Source of the DNA: a bacterium
GTDB lineage: Bacteria > UBP6 > UBA1177
Direction of reading: 5' to 3'
Length of the DNA: 64,000 nucleotides
Assembly (NCBI GenBank): GCA_017645765.1
Contig: JAGCNV010000106.1
Coordinates: forward strand, 7,301-71,300
Below the pieces are notes generated by a model that worked only from the letters and a program-made list of their open reading frames with translations, ran no database searches and was not told the DNA's origin. Positions 1 through 9,353 of this stretch are shown one piece after another. The translations under genes were made by a program, and so were the position numbers. The stretch's first letter is position 1; every line of letters begins with the position of its first letter.

Positions 1-2777
1 GAAGATGCACATTTATCAAATATTAGTCCTTTGGAAACATATTTGCATTTTCTAAAATCGATATTGTTTATTATTAATTGATTTGAATCAACATCCTTCA
101 TTTTTAAATAATTCGAATCGTCGTAATAGAGAAACATATTCTTATCTGATGATGTCAAATAAGTTTTCATCAACAGTTTTAGAGCTACAGATAAATTCGT
201 ATAGTGGCAGACACAATCATATATCAAGGAACATTCTTTATCTGTTAAATTAATTCTTTCATCTTCCATGTGAGATTTTATTTGTTCCAACATCTTTGAC
301 AAAAATTCTTCTTTCAGTTGATTTGATTCTTCTTCTGAAAACTTGGTATTGAACCCAACACACTTAGTTCGATCAATTGATAAAAGAGGTCTTTTTTCAC
401 CAGTGAAATTTATTAAAGTATGAGATAAACAATTTTCGTAGAAACCTAAGTATTCATCGATATCATTTGGCTTTTCGACAGTAATGCCATCCACGCATAA
501 ATATTCCACTTGTTTGTTTCCGATAAAATTGCTTCTAATAACGTAAAGATCAAGATCTAATTTAGTAACACCTTTTTTGGGTAACGACAACAATGTATAG
601 AGTGTTACATTATATAAATTTGTTGTAACTATGTAATCATTTGTGTTCGCTGTCTTTGCAGCATAGTTGACTAGATTCCCTACAAAAGAAAAAAATTTTT
701 CCAAAAAACGTATGGTAGAATTTGTTGTTAATTTATCATGCAATTTTCTAATTTTCTCAATACCTTCTACGAAATTTTCAGGTTCAAATATTTGATTATA
801 TTGACATAATGGTGTTTTATCGCCTGTTATACGCACAGGTATGTCTAAGTGTTGAATTCCTACATATTGAAATAATATGTAGCTTAAATTGTTTTTTATC
901 TTTTTTACATCTCCTAAAATAGCAACATATTCTTCATTTTTTTCTTTTATGTATTTATCTTTGGTGTCGTCAAGCATAAAAATCAATGGCATTTCAGGGA
1001 TAGAATCAGAATTTATTGATTCAGCATATTCATCCTTCAAATATAACTTTACAATTGTTCCATGGTTGCCAATTTTTTCTTCATCAGTCCTACTCATATC
1101 GATGTAATAAAATCTTTCAGAAATACCTGACAAAACGCAAGATATCTTTTCTCCCTTATCATAATATTTGGTTGAAATTCCTATTTTATCTGCAATCATA
1201 TAACATGACAAAATTCCTATTCCAAACTGAGATGTCGGTGTTACATTATTTTCCCAATCAACCTTTTTTGCATTGAAATCTGTCGAGTTATAATATGAAT
1301 TGCCTATATGAAGGAGATATTTTTTTATAATCTCTTTATTCATTCCTAAACCTTTGTCACAGCAGTAAATAAATTTTCTATTTCTGCCTTCCAACTCTTC
1401 TTCTCCGATACCAAATTCAATATTGATTTCTTCAGAAATTCCTCTTGATTTATTATAGGCAAGTAAACATTTTGAAGTATCAAGAGCATTTTGATATACT
1501 TCGCGCAGACAGGCAAATTTATCCTGATATAGTTGAACCCCCATTAATAATTCAAGAATCTTGGATTGATCCATGGAGAACTTCAACTTTGAATCAGGTT
1601 TAAAACCACTACATTCTATCTTATTTTTAACCTTCCTGTATATGTTAACATTATATTTGTTTCCAATTTCCCAATCTTTTTTCAATTCATCAAAATTACT
1701 TATTTCACTTTCTATTTCTTTTATATAATCAGCAAGAAAATAATACATTTCAGGCTTAGAACAAGAAGCATGAAAAGAAATCTTTACAAGATCTTTACCA
1801 GGCAAGATCAGACATTTAACACCTTCTTTTGCTTTCCAATGTTTAATGCTTCTTTCATCAGTTATTAGTTTCTCGGAAAATAAAGACCGTGGTGCTCTAT
1901 CTGAAGAAAAATGAATTATATCACCTAACCTTAACATCTCCGCAAGGAATTGTATGTTATTTTTATCATTACTCTCCCAATCTATACGGTCGTTTTTAGG
2001 GAGTTCCTCTACACGCTCTATATTTTCACAATGAGCTTGGCAAATATCTGCTAAATCTTCCAAAAATTGTTCCGTGAAAGGTCCTATACCAACTTTTATC
2101 TTATTATTTAAATTTTCTATATTGCTTGCAGCCTTTTTATGATGGTTTGTGCGTATGAATTCATAACGAATATCTTCACTTAGTTTCTTATAATCCTCAT
2201 AAGAAGTATTGTTTCTTTTTGCAATTTCTTCATGTCTAAAAGATTCATATTTGCCAATCAGGTCAGAAATATTTTCGACAACTTTTTCTTTACAATCCTC
2301 AATAAAAATATAATTTTTTGCCTTTTCATAGTCAAAATCTAAATACTCTAATATTTTTTCTGCAATGTCAGATTTTTTAGAAGATTGGAAATCAGATTTT
2401 AATTTATGTTGCGATGTTGATGGAGAATATTTGTCGCATTCTTCAACAATTTTTAAGGTATCATATTCCCAATCCGGCAGTGCCATTCCTGAGTCATGCA
2501 GATATGCTGCCAAATAAAGTAAAATCAGCTCATAAAAGGATAGAGATTTTAATTTGTCAGCTAATATTTCTCCCATAATTTTTATTATTTCTTGGCTATG
2601 TTCCGCGTCATGAATATCATAATTCGGCATTTGAGAAGATATGAGTCCCAAGTGATCTTCAACATCAGAAACTATATTTTGTACAATATTCCATAAGTCT
2701 CTATTGTCATCGCAAGATTGAGATTTTTTTGCTATCTGAGCTTCAAGAAAACTTTTCTTTTTTTCTTTCTTTCCCAT
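1..2777 (-). CDS. HD-like + Hsp90-type GHKL ATPase fusion; 3' end of the gene lies off the window edge
   Basis: ATG at 2777 on the minus strand with an uninterrupted frame to position 1. The by-eye translation has a Bergerat fold: N-box 'LREVYQNALDTSK' (E-x3-N-A-x-D), G1 box 'DKGLGMNKEI' and G2 box 'SQFGIGILSCYMIAD', which resembles Hsp90 'GQFGVGFYS'. The N-terminal region has HD-like motifs ('YDIHDAEH', 'AAYLHDSGM'). The region is very AT-rich. Confidence 0.55.
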   Translation of the reverse strand, partial: MGKKEKKKSFLEAQIAKKSQSCDDNRDLWNIVQNIVSDVEDHLGLISSQMPNYDIHDAEHSQEIIKIMGEILADKLKSLSFYELILLYLAAYLHDSGMALPDWEYDTLKIVEECDKYSPSTSQHKLKSDFQSSKKSDIAEKILEYLDFDYEKAKNYIFIEDCKEKVVENISDLIGKYESFRHEEIAKRNNTSYEDYKKLSEDIRYEFIRTNHHKKAASNIENLNNKIKVGIGPFTEQFLEDLADICQAHCENIERVEELPKNDRIDWESNDKNNIQFLAEMLRLGDIIHFSSDRAPRSLFSEKLITDERSIKHWKAKEGVKCLILPGKDLVKISFHASCSKPEMYYFLADYIKEIESEISNFDELKKDWEIGNKYNVNIYRKVKNKIECSGFKPDSKLKFSMDQSKILELLMGVQLYQDKFACLREVYQNALDTSKCLLAYNKSRGISEEINIEFGIGEEELEGRNRKFIYCCDKGLGMNKEIIKKYLLHIGNSYYNSTDFNAKKVDWENNVTPTSQFGIGILSCYMIADKIGISTKYYDKGEKISCVLSGISERFYYIDMSRTDEEKIGNHGTIVKLYLKDEYAESINSDSIPEMPLIFMLDDTKDKYIKEKNEEYVAILGDVKKIKNNLSYILFQYVGIQHLDIPVRITGDKTPLCQYNQIFEPENFVEGIEKIRKLHDKLTTNSTIRFLEKFFSFVGNLVNYAAKTANTNDYIVTTNLYNVTLYTLLSLPKKGVTKLDLDLYVIRSNFIGNKQVEYLCVDGITVEKPNDIDEYLGFYENCLSHTLINFTGEKRPLLSIDRTKCVGFNTKFSEEESNQLKEEFLSKMLEQIKSHMEDERINLTDKECSLIYDCVCHYTNLSVALKLLMKTYLTSSDKNMFLYYDDSNYLKMKDVDSNQLIINNIDFRKCKYVSKGLIFDKCAS

Positions 2778-3009
2778 GTTTTCCTCTTTTTATAGTTTTC
2801 TCAGTATGTTTTAGGTGAAGGTTTCGACATTTTCTCATTTCTGACGGATCAAAAAACACCGTAAATCTGCCATGTTTTTCGCAAAAATGCAAGGTCGGAA
2901 ATTCTTTTGTTTTCTTGATTGTTGTTTTATGCGCAAATTTTTGTTGAATTAGAAAGATTGCTGCTCTTGTTGGAGATAACCTTTAGATCAAGACATCAAA
3001 ACTTTCCAA

Positions 3010-3756
3010 TTATTCCACGTTTCTTACACAACGAACATAATTTGTTAAGGATGTTACATTTTGGTCAACGCTTCCGTATGAGAAGTTGACGCTGAAAGCC
3101 ATTTTTGTAGAACCTGCCGAGAACTCGGCTTCGGAAGATGACCAAAAACCATAAAGATCACCGAATTTGCTGTAAACTTCCTCACCAGAGCAACCGATAC
3201 AATCGGTGTTAATGCACTCTGTGACATTCAGACAATTGTCAGTAAAAGTGCAAGACCCGTCAATTTCAGTGGCCGGGCAGTTTTGTATCAGGCTTCTTAG
3301 TTCGCAAACTGTCGGAAGACGCCAGTCGGATACTCCTTCTTCGCTCAGATTTTCGCAATAAGAAATGGCTTGCTCCCATGTCATCATGCTTTCCGATTTT
3401 GAAGACCAAGTCAGGTTGTCGTCTACTTCGCAAGTTGGCTCTTCAGACTCAGAATCGCTGTCAGACGGATCTTCGTAATCGCCATTTTCTGAGTTCGAGT
3501 TTTCAACGCATTTTCCGGTTTGCTCATTACAGCCATCGTTACATTTTTCTGCGAATATCCACATTACTTCGTTGCTGGAATCAGGATAGCCGCAGAAGTA
3601 TGAATCTTCGCCGTGGCATTCATAAGTGCCGTATGTGCAAACGCCTGACGACTGGTTCTGGTTTTTGTTGTCATTGTTTTTGCTGTCGCTGCCGCCGCAA
3701 GCGATCATTAAAAACATTGCCGTTAAAACTGTGACTGTGAACATGAGTTTTTTCAT
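3010..3756 (-). CDS. Cys-rich lipoprotein with a C-terminal Fib_succ_major (DUF1566) domain
   Basis: Lipoprotein signal 'MKKLMFTVTVLTAMFLMIACGG'. C-terminal 'WEQAISYCENL..DWRLPTVCELRSL...YVRCVRNVE' matches the F. succinogenes major paralogous domain. Confidence 0.75.
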   Translation of the reverse strand: MKKLMFTVTVLTAMFLMIACGGSDSKNNDNKNQNQSSGVCTYGTYECHGEDSYFCGYPDSSNEVMWIFAEKCNDGCNEQTGKCVENSNSENGDYEDPSDSDSESEEPTCEVDDNLTWSSKSESMMTWEQAISYCENLSEEGVSDWRLPTVCELRSLIQNCPATEIDGSCTFTDNCLNVTECINTDCIGCSGEEVYSKFGDLYGFWSSSEAEFSAGSTKMAFSVNFSYGSVDQNVTSLTNYVRCVRNVE

Positions 3757-3770
3757 TTTTACCTCCTTGA

Positions 3771-4760
3771 TTAAAGTTCTTGTTTTCTTTTTTCAAAATG
3801 CTCTTCTATTTTATCCTTCGCAAGTTCATAGAATTTTTTATAGCTTTTAGATCCGTCATCGAGAATGTTGTTGAATTTAATGTCTATTATTTTTACACCA
3901 CAAGCTCTAAGCATCTTAAGCTTGCACCATTCACTTGTTCCTTGGATATATTGCTGGGTCTCTGAACTGTCTGGAATGAATGGCTGCGGATTAAAATATA
4001 AGGTGTCTGGCTTTTTACCTTCGGTTTTTTTCCCAAATTTAGATTTATATTGTAGTAGCCACCATAAATCTATTTCGGCGAAATCCATTCCAAAACCGAG
4101 GATATAAACATCACCCTCGAGAAATTTATCCAGCCAAGTTTCTTCTCCGTGATTATTGATTTCCAAAGGGTCAATATGGTCAATATGTTTAATATAGCTG
4201 TGCAGTAGCTTGGCGTAAGCGGAATATCCCAAAACCATACTGTGAGGGTATGCGGCTTCACCGTGTATGTGCCAGATTTTCTTATCTTTTTCGGTATTAA
4301 ATGTGGTTATAAGATCTTCGACCTTTTGTTTCTCGTCGATTTTTTTACGAATATCACAGGGAACACTAATGTCTTTAAAGATTATTTTACAATCCTTGCC
4401 ATCTAAATAATGGTTAATATTTTGGTAGAATATGAAAGGCGCGCCTAAAATAGCGCATTCCGCTTCATAGGTGTAATTCGTGGTGAGGATGTAATCAAAG
4501 TCCAGATTTAAAAGCTGAGTAAAAAAATTATGTTCTTTGTCATGTGGCAAATTAATATCTAATAATTCTAAAAATTGATCGAGGTTATTTTTTGCGAACA
4601 TATCAGCTTTCAATGGCATAGGCATCTGATATTTTTCTGAAGGCAAATCAAAATGTCCGTCTATACGAATTTTTTCCAATACTTTGTCCCAATTAGCACC
4701 CTTATAATATGTTCTTGCGATACCGTTTCCTAAGAGCAATACTTTCGGTCTTGTTGTCAT
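3771..4760 (-). CDS. SIR2-like (SIR2_2 family) protein, stand-alone
   Basis: N-terminal 'KVLLLGNGIARTY', 'ILTTNYT' and 'IWHIHGE' match the SIR2_2 motifs GAGxS, TTNYD and HLHGS. The gene is low in GC relative to the core. Confidence 0.6.
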   Translation of the reverse strand: MTTRPKVLLLGNGIARTYYKGANWDKVLEKIRIDGHFDLPSEKYQMPMPLKADMFAKNNLDQFLELLDINLPHDKEHNFFTQLLNLDFDYILTTNYTYEAECAILGAPFIFYQNINHYLDGKDCKIIFKDISVPCDIRKKIDEKQKVEDLITTFNTEKDKKIWHIHGEAAYPHSMVLGYSAYAKLLHSYIKHIDHIDPLEINNHGEETWLDKFLEGDVYILGFGMDFAEIDLWWLLQYKSKFGKKTEGKKPDTLYFNPQPFIPDSSETQQYIQGTSEWCKLKMLRACGVKIIDIKFNNILDDGSKSYKKFYELAKDKIEEHFEKRKQEL

Positions 4761-4783
4761 TTTTTTATTCTCCTTTAAAATTC

Positions 4784-7700
4784 TTAATCATTTCTCACAC
4801 AACGAACCTTGTATTGAATAGTAAGTCCTCCATTGCAACTAAAGGTACCGTAATATATCTCCATATGCCAAACACCATAAGGACCAGGGGAAGAAGAATA
4901 GAAAGTTGACCCGGAATTCCCCGCATTGGAAAGGTTCCAAGCAGGATTTGTTTTTCCATACCTTACGAGCGAGGCAAGTTCATTTCTGTTCGGCAAACGC
5001 CAATCATTGTAACCTGCGTAAGTTAGATTCTTGCAATAAGATAGAGCTTGTTGCCAATTTTTATCGCTCGCATAGCTTGTTTGCCAGATTAGTCCCGTTG
5101 TTGAATCTGTTGCAATTGAGTCATCGTTTATGGTCGAGAGTGTTAATGAAGGAGCTGGTAAAGTTGTTCCTCTCACACAACGAACAAAAAATGTATTTTC
5201 TGCATTAGTATAGTGCGGGTTACCGTTTTCGAAATTCACTTCATAACGCATATACGTCCCACTATAACTTGTAAAACCAGCATAACCCCAAAAATTCTGG
5301 GAAGGGGTGCTTGGGAAATATGTTGTGTTTATCGCGGGGTCATATTTGCTGTTGTCAACAATAGTTAATAGTTCATGTGGTGTCGGCAGTCTCCAGTCGC
5401 TGTATCCGGCATAAGTCAACTTGTTGCAATAAGAAACAGCATTATCCCAAGTGTAAGTCGAAGTCGGGATTGTCTGTTGCCACATTAAATCTGTGTTATT
5501 GTCAACAACTACTTTCTGATTCGAAATACTCTGTACTGTGAAATTTTGCGGAATGCAGTAGTCATCGGCTGCATATTGTGCATCTTGACCAAAATAATCA
5601 TTGCTCAGAGAAGTCGGGCATGTGGTTAACCATGATGATGCATTGCGACACTTGTTTTGCCCCGTGCAAATATTGCCAAGAGCAGGTCTTTTGTCTTGAC
5701 AACCTTTTCTTGTTCCCCACCAGTAATATCCGCTATTGCATTCGCATACATAGTCTTTCCATGATGAAGCAGTGCATTCGTGCGTTGAGTTGGCGACTTC
5801 ATCGCATGGATCGTAATCGCAGGGGCTTGTGCATTCGGAGTTATACCAATAATGTGTATCATTACATTCATAATAGCAAGTTCCGGCGGTTATGCTGTAG
5901 CTTGACGCATAACTTGCCGGAGTCCATGCATTTCCATTCCAAGTCTGCGTGAATTTTCCGTTCGCACCGTCATCATTCCAGACAGTATTTGCTGGTTTTG
6001 ATGAGCAATTTCCAAGTTTGGTCGCAGCATCGCATTTTAAAGTTGAGCTGTTCCAGTTATAATTGGTTTTGCATTTAAATTTGCACTCCGTTTCGCTTGG
6101 GGCTGCGCTGTAAGTTCCAATGGTTGAGGGTTGCCAGCCGTTTGCGCTGCTCCAGTTCTGTGTGATGGATGAAGCTGTGTTCCATTGCGCATTTGTCGGA
6201 AGGCCTGTGCATGCAACATTTGTTTTTGTGTTGGAGATACATGCCGAATTTTCCCAGTGATAGCCGCTGCCGCATTTATAGTGGCATTCGTTTGAACTCG
6301 GGGTTTCGTTGTATGTTCCAGCATTCGACGGAATCCAGCCGTTTCCGTTCCATGTCTGGGTTATGCTTGAAGCTGTGTTCCAGACTGCGTTCGTCGGAAG
6401 TCCCATGCAGTTCGCAGGCTGCGTATCGGCTACGCATTTTGAAGTTGATGAGTTCCATGTGTAGTGCTGGTTGCATTTAAAGTGGCATTCGTTTGAAGTC
6501 GGTGTTTCGTCGTATGTTCCGGCATTTGACGGAATCCATGCGTTTCCATCCCATGTCTGTGTGATGCTTGAAACCGTGTTCCAGCTTGCGTTCGTCGGAA
6601 GGCCGATGCAGCTTGCAGGCTGAGTATCTGCCACGCATTTTGAAGTTGAGGAGTTCCATGAGTAATGATCTTTGCATTTGAAACGGCACTCGGCTACGCT
6701 TGCCGACGCGTTGAATGTTCCGACATTTGACGGAATCCAGCCGTTTCCGTTCCATGTCTGGGTTATTTCGGAAACACTGTTCCAGAGTGCGTTTTCAGGA
6801 AGCCCTGTGCATGTTGCAGGCTGTGTGTCGGGGGCGCAGACCGTGTTGTTCCAGGTGTAGTGTTCCTTGCATTTGAAGTAGCATTCACTCTGGCTTGCAG
6901 AAGTGTTGTGTGAGCCGGTATTTGACGGAATCCAGGCGTTTCCGCTCCATGTCTGCATGATTTTTGTAGCCGTGTTCCACTCCGCGTTTGTCGGAAGCCC
7001 GGTGCAGTTGGCTTCTCTTGTTCCTGCGGCGCACTGAGAGTTGTTCCACTCATAGTTTTCAGCGCATTTGAAGCGGCATTCCGTAGTGCTCGGCGTTTCG
7101 CTGAATGTTGCCGATGTCGTCGGAACCCACTCGTTTCCGTTCCAGGTCTGCGTTATATTTGAAACGCTGTTCCAGACCGCATTGTCCGGTTTGCCGGTGC
7201 ATGCGACTGCCGGAAGTTCATTCGGAGCGCAGGCTATACCGTTCCATGAATAGTTTGTTTTGCATACGAAGTGGCATTCGCTGTAGCTCGGAGTTTCGTT
7301 GAAGGTTCCGATTTCTGAAGGAGTCCACGCCGTGCCGTTCCAGCTCTGGGTTATATTTGAAACCGTGTTCCAAAGCGCGTTTTCTGGAAGTCCCGTGCAG
7401 TCAGTCTGAATTGTTCCAGCGACGCACTGCGAACCGGTCCAGTTGTAATTGTCGGCGCATTTGAAACGGCATTCCGAAGAATTCGGGGTTTTGTTGTAAG
7501 TTCCTGTATTTGACGGAATCCAGTTTTCGTCATCCCAAGTCTGCGTGATGCTTGCGGCACCGTTCCAGACAGCATGTTCCGGGAGACCTTCGCAGTTTGC
7601 CGTTCTCGTTCCGGCAACACACTCTGAATCGTTCCATTCATAGTTCTGGTTGCAGACAAAACGGCATTTCGTGCTGCTCGGAGTAGTGCTGAAAACCGCT

Positions 7701-8224
7701 TCTGTCGGAGGTGTCCACTCGTTTCCGTTCCAAGTCTGGGTTATGCTTGAAACTGTGTTCCAGCTTGCATTTGCCGGAAGACCTGTGCAGTCGGCTTCTC
7801 TTGTTTCGCCGACTTCATGCTCAGGCTGGGAATCACTTGTGTCGGCATCATCGTCTGACTGCGAATCGCTTGAATCAGCATCGTCAGTCGGATCGGAAGT
7901 GTCTGCATCATCAGCAGAATCACTATTGTCCGATTCCGTATCACCGTTATCTGGCGCAGTGTCTCCGCCGTCAGGTGTTGTATCAAAATTGTCTGAATCT
8001 GAATCGTCAACAGAGTCTTCGCTGTCAGGCGTTGTGTCTGCCGTTGAATCATTTTGCGAATCGGCATCATCGGAATTTGTGTCAGTCGTGTCCGAATCAG
8101 TTTTGTCACTCGTTGAATCGGAAGTGTCAGTGTCGCCGTAGACACTTTCTTTCGAGCCGCTGTCGCAAGCAGCAAAGAAAAACATCACGCAGAAAAGCGC
8201 GAAAACAGCACAAATTTTTTTCAT
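4784..8224 (-). CDS. Large cell-surface lipoprotein with an acidic D/S/T linker, 13 tandem Cys-containing repeats of about 52 aa, and two C-terminal Fib_succ_major domains
   Basis: Signal and lipobox 'MKKICAVFALFCVMFFFAAC' (the track's earlier start at 8257 is probably an upstream extension). Repeats follow the pattern 'CTGLP.NA.WN..S.ITQTW.G..W.PS....N..PS..EC.FKC...Y.WN'. Two 'YAGY.DWRLP..EL' and 'VRCVR' units sit at the C-terminus. Confidence 0.8.
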   Translation of the reverse strand: MKKICAVFALFCVMFFFAACDSGSKESVYGDTDTSDSTSDKTDSDTTDTNSDDADSQNDSTADTTPDSEDSVDDSDSDNFDTTPDGGDTAPDNGDTESDNSDSADDADTSDPTDDADSSDSQSDDDADTSDSQPEHEVGETREADCTGLPANASWNTVSSITQTWNGNEWTPPTEAVFSTTPSSTKCRFVCNQNYEWNDSECVAGTRTANCEGLPEHAVWNGAASITQTWDDENWIPSNTGTYNKTPNSSECRFKCADNYNWTGSQCVAGTIQTDCTGLPENALWNTVSNITQSWNGTAWTPSEIGTFNETPSYSECHFVCKTNYSWNGIACAPNELPAVACTGKPDNAVWNSVSNITQTWNGNEWVPTTSATFSETPSTTECRFKCAENYEWNNSQCAAGTREANCTGLPTNAEWNTATKIMQTWSGNAWIPSNTGSHNTSASQSECYFKCKEHYTWNNTVCAPDTQPATCTGLPENALWNSVSEITQTWNGNGWIPSNVGTFNASASVAECRFKCKDHYSWNSSTSKCVADTQPASCIGLPTNASWNTVSSITQTWDGNAWIPSNAGTYDETPTSNECHFKCNQHYTWNSSTSKCVADTQPANCMGLPTNAVWNTASSITQTWNGNGWIPSNAGTYNETPSSNECHYKCGSGYHWENSACISNTKTNVACTGLPTNAQWNTASSITQNWSSANGWQPSTIGTYSAAPSETECKFKCKTNYNWNSSTLKCDAATKLGNCSSKPANTVWNDDGANGKFTQTWNGNAWTPASYASSYSITAGTCYYECNDTHYWYNSECTSPCDYDPCDEVANSTHECTASSWKDYVCECNSGYYWWGTRKGCQDKRPALGNICTGQNKCRNASSWLTTCPTSLSNDYFGQDAQYAADDYCIPQNFTVQSISNQKVVVDNNTDLMWQQTIPTSTYTWDNAVSYCNKLTYAGYSDWRLPTPHELLTIVDNSKYDPAINTTYFPSTPSQNFWGYAGFTSYSGTYMRYEVNFENGNPHYTNAENTFFVRCVRGTTLPAPSLTLSTINDDSIATDSTTGLIWQTSYASDKNWQQALSYCKNLTYAGYNDWRLPNRNELASLVRYGKTNPAWNLSNAGNSGSTFYSSSPGPYGVWHMEIYYGTFSCNGGLTIQYKVRCVRND

Positions 8225-8341
8225 ACTAAACTCCATAAAACAAACAAAAAACTGCATTTTTTATAACCAAAATGGAGGCAATTCTTATAGCCAAAAGGTT
8301 ATAAAATTATTGTCTGCTATCGTTTAAAAATCACAAACCTT

Positions 8342-8596
8342 TTGCGGAGTCGTCCTTTGGATCTCAAAACAGCATTCGCATTGACTATCAAGGAAATCAG
8401 AAAGGAAAAAAAGCTTTCTCAGGACAATGTGGCGAACCGCTGTTTTTGCCAGACGGTGATTATCGGACGCCTTGAAACCGCGCAGAGGGAACCCAAAATC
8501 TCAACAATTTTCAAAATCGCGAACGCGTTGGAAGTTTCCCCCGACTATTTAGTGAAAAAAGTGGAAGAAAAACTGAACAGCGCGCCTCAGGAATAG
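8342..8596 (+). CDS. XRE-family HTH transcriptional regulator
   Basis: HTH_3-like 'KKLSQDNVANRCFCQTVIIGRLETAQREPKISTIFKIANALEVSPDYL'. The start is a non-ATG (TTG) codon at 8342 or 8357. Confidence 0.55.
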   Translation: MRSRPLDLKTAFALTIKEIRKEKKLSQDNVANRCFCQTVIIGRLETAQREPKISTIFKIANALEVSPDYLVKKVEEKLNSAPQE

Positions 8597-8745
8597 GTTT
8601 GTGAAATAAATCTAAAAATTTTTCTAAATTGATGTTGACAAAATAATAAAAGCAAATATTGTCTCTTCCGATATGACCTCCCACGCTTCCCGTAAGATCA
8701 GCGCACCAGGGAGGTCTTCGAGTTTTAAGAAGCAAATTTTTCAAG

Positions 8746-9053
8746 ATGGAATACACAAAATCCCCGATTTCAGTTGATGAACAAATTGAAAAACTTGAAA
8801 GACGGGGTTCATTGTCAGCCTTCTCTTGCCATACAATACAGCTAAACCTTTTGTTGCAAAAAGCGATCTTAAGCAGTTAAAACGAAATAAAATATTTGTT
8901 CTACTGTCGGCTATCAAATATGTTGCCGACATCATAAGTCCTGGAAATTCTTTCAAAAAAAATCTTGTTTCATTGCTGAATGATAAACACCGGCTTTTAA
9001 CTCTCAAAGAAATGGGATTCCCGGAAGATTGGGAAAATCTGCCTGTGTGGTAA
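8746..9053 (+). pseudogene. Abi_2 (AbiD/AbiF-like) abortive-infection gene remnant, frameshifted and 3'-truncated
   Basis: ATG at 8746 gives 'MEYTKSPISVDEQIEKLERRG', which resembles Abi_2 N-termini ('..TIDEQIELLKSRGL'). That frame stops at 8880. A second frame (TTG 8826..9053) continues with '..SFKKNLVSLLNDKHRLLTLKEMGFPEDWENL'. The total is about 100 aa, whereas intact Abi_2 proteins are about 300 aa. The remnant ends exactly at the direct repeat. Confidence 0.35.
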
Positions 9054-9072
9054 CGGTTTCTATGAAGGCGAG
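9043..9072. repeat. Direct repeat copy 1 (CTGTGTGGTAACGGTTTCTATGAAGGCGAG), upstream of the TA pair
   Basis: A perfect 30-bp match to 9732..9761. Similarity continues for about 12 more bp with mismatches (CCGTCCGCGCTG vs TTGCTCGCGCTC). Confidence 0.9.
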
Positions 9073-9149
9073 CCGTCCGCGCTGAAATAAACCGGTTGAA
9101 AATATTTGATTTTGTGATATAATTAACGGCTTTTTGAGTGGAGGTTACT

Positions 9150-9353
9150 ATGGCAGAAACGCTTATGCGGATGTATGAAACAATGTCCGAAGCTGAACAG
9201 AAGGAATTGTATGATTTTGCGCTTTTCCTGCTTTCCCGCAATGAGGAAAAAGAGAAACCTAAAAAATCCATGTACGGAGTTTGGAAAAACGAGCATTTTT
9301 ATATGGCTCCTGATTTTGACGATCCTGTGGAAGATTTCGCGGAGTATATGTGA
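9150..9353 (+). CDS. DUF2281-type antitoxin of a VapBC-like TA pair
   Basis: 'MAETLMRMYETMSEAEQKELYDFALFLLSRNEE...MYGVWKNEHFYMAPDFDDPVEDFAEYM'. RBS 'GGAGG' upstream. Overlaps the toxin gene by 4 bp. Confidence 0.6.
   Translation: MAETLMRMYETMSEAEQKELYDFALFLLSRNEEKEKPKKSMYGVWKNEHFYMAPDFDDPVEDFAEYM

Noticed and set aside
5578-8229. Cluster of 60-170-aa ORFs on both strands inside the 4784-8224 gene
   Set aside because: They are frame-shifted readings of the 13 tandem DNA repeats. Each copies the same repeat in a non-coding frame and has no start context. The single long ORF explains the region.
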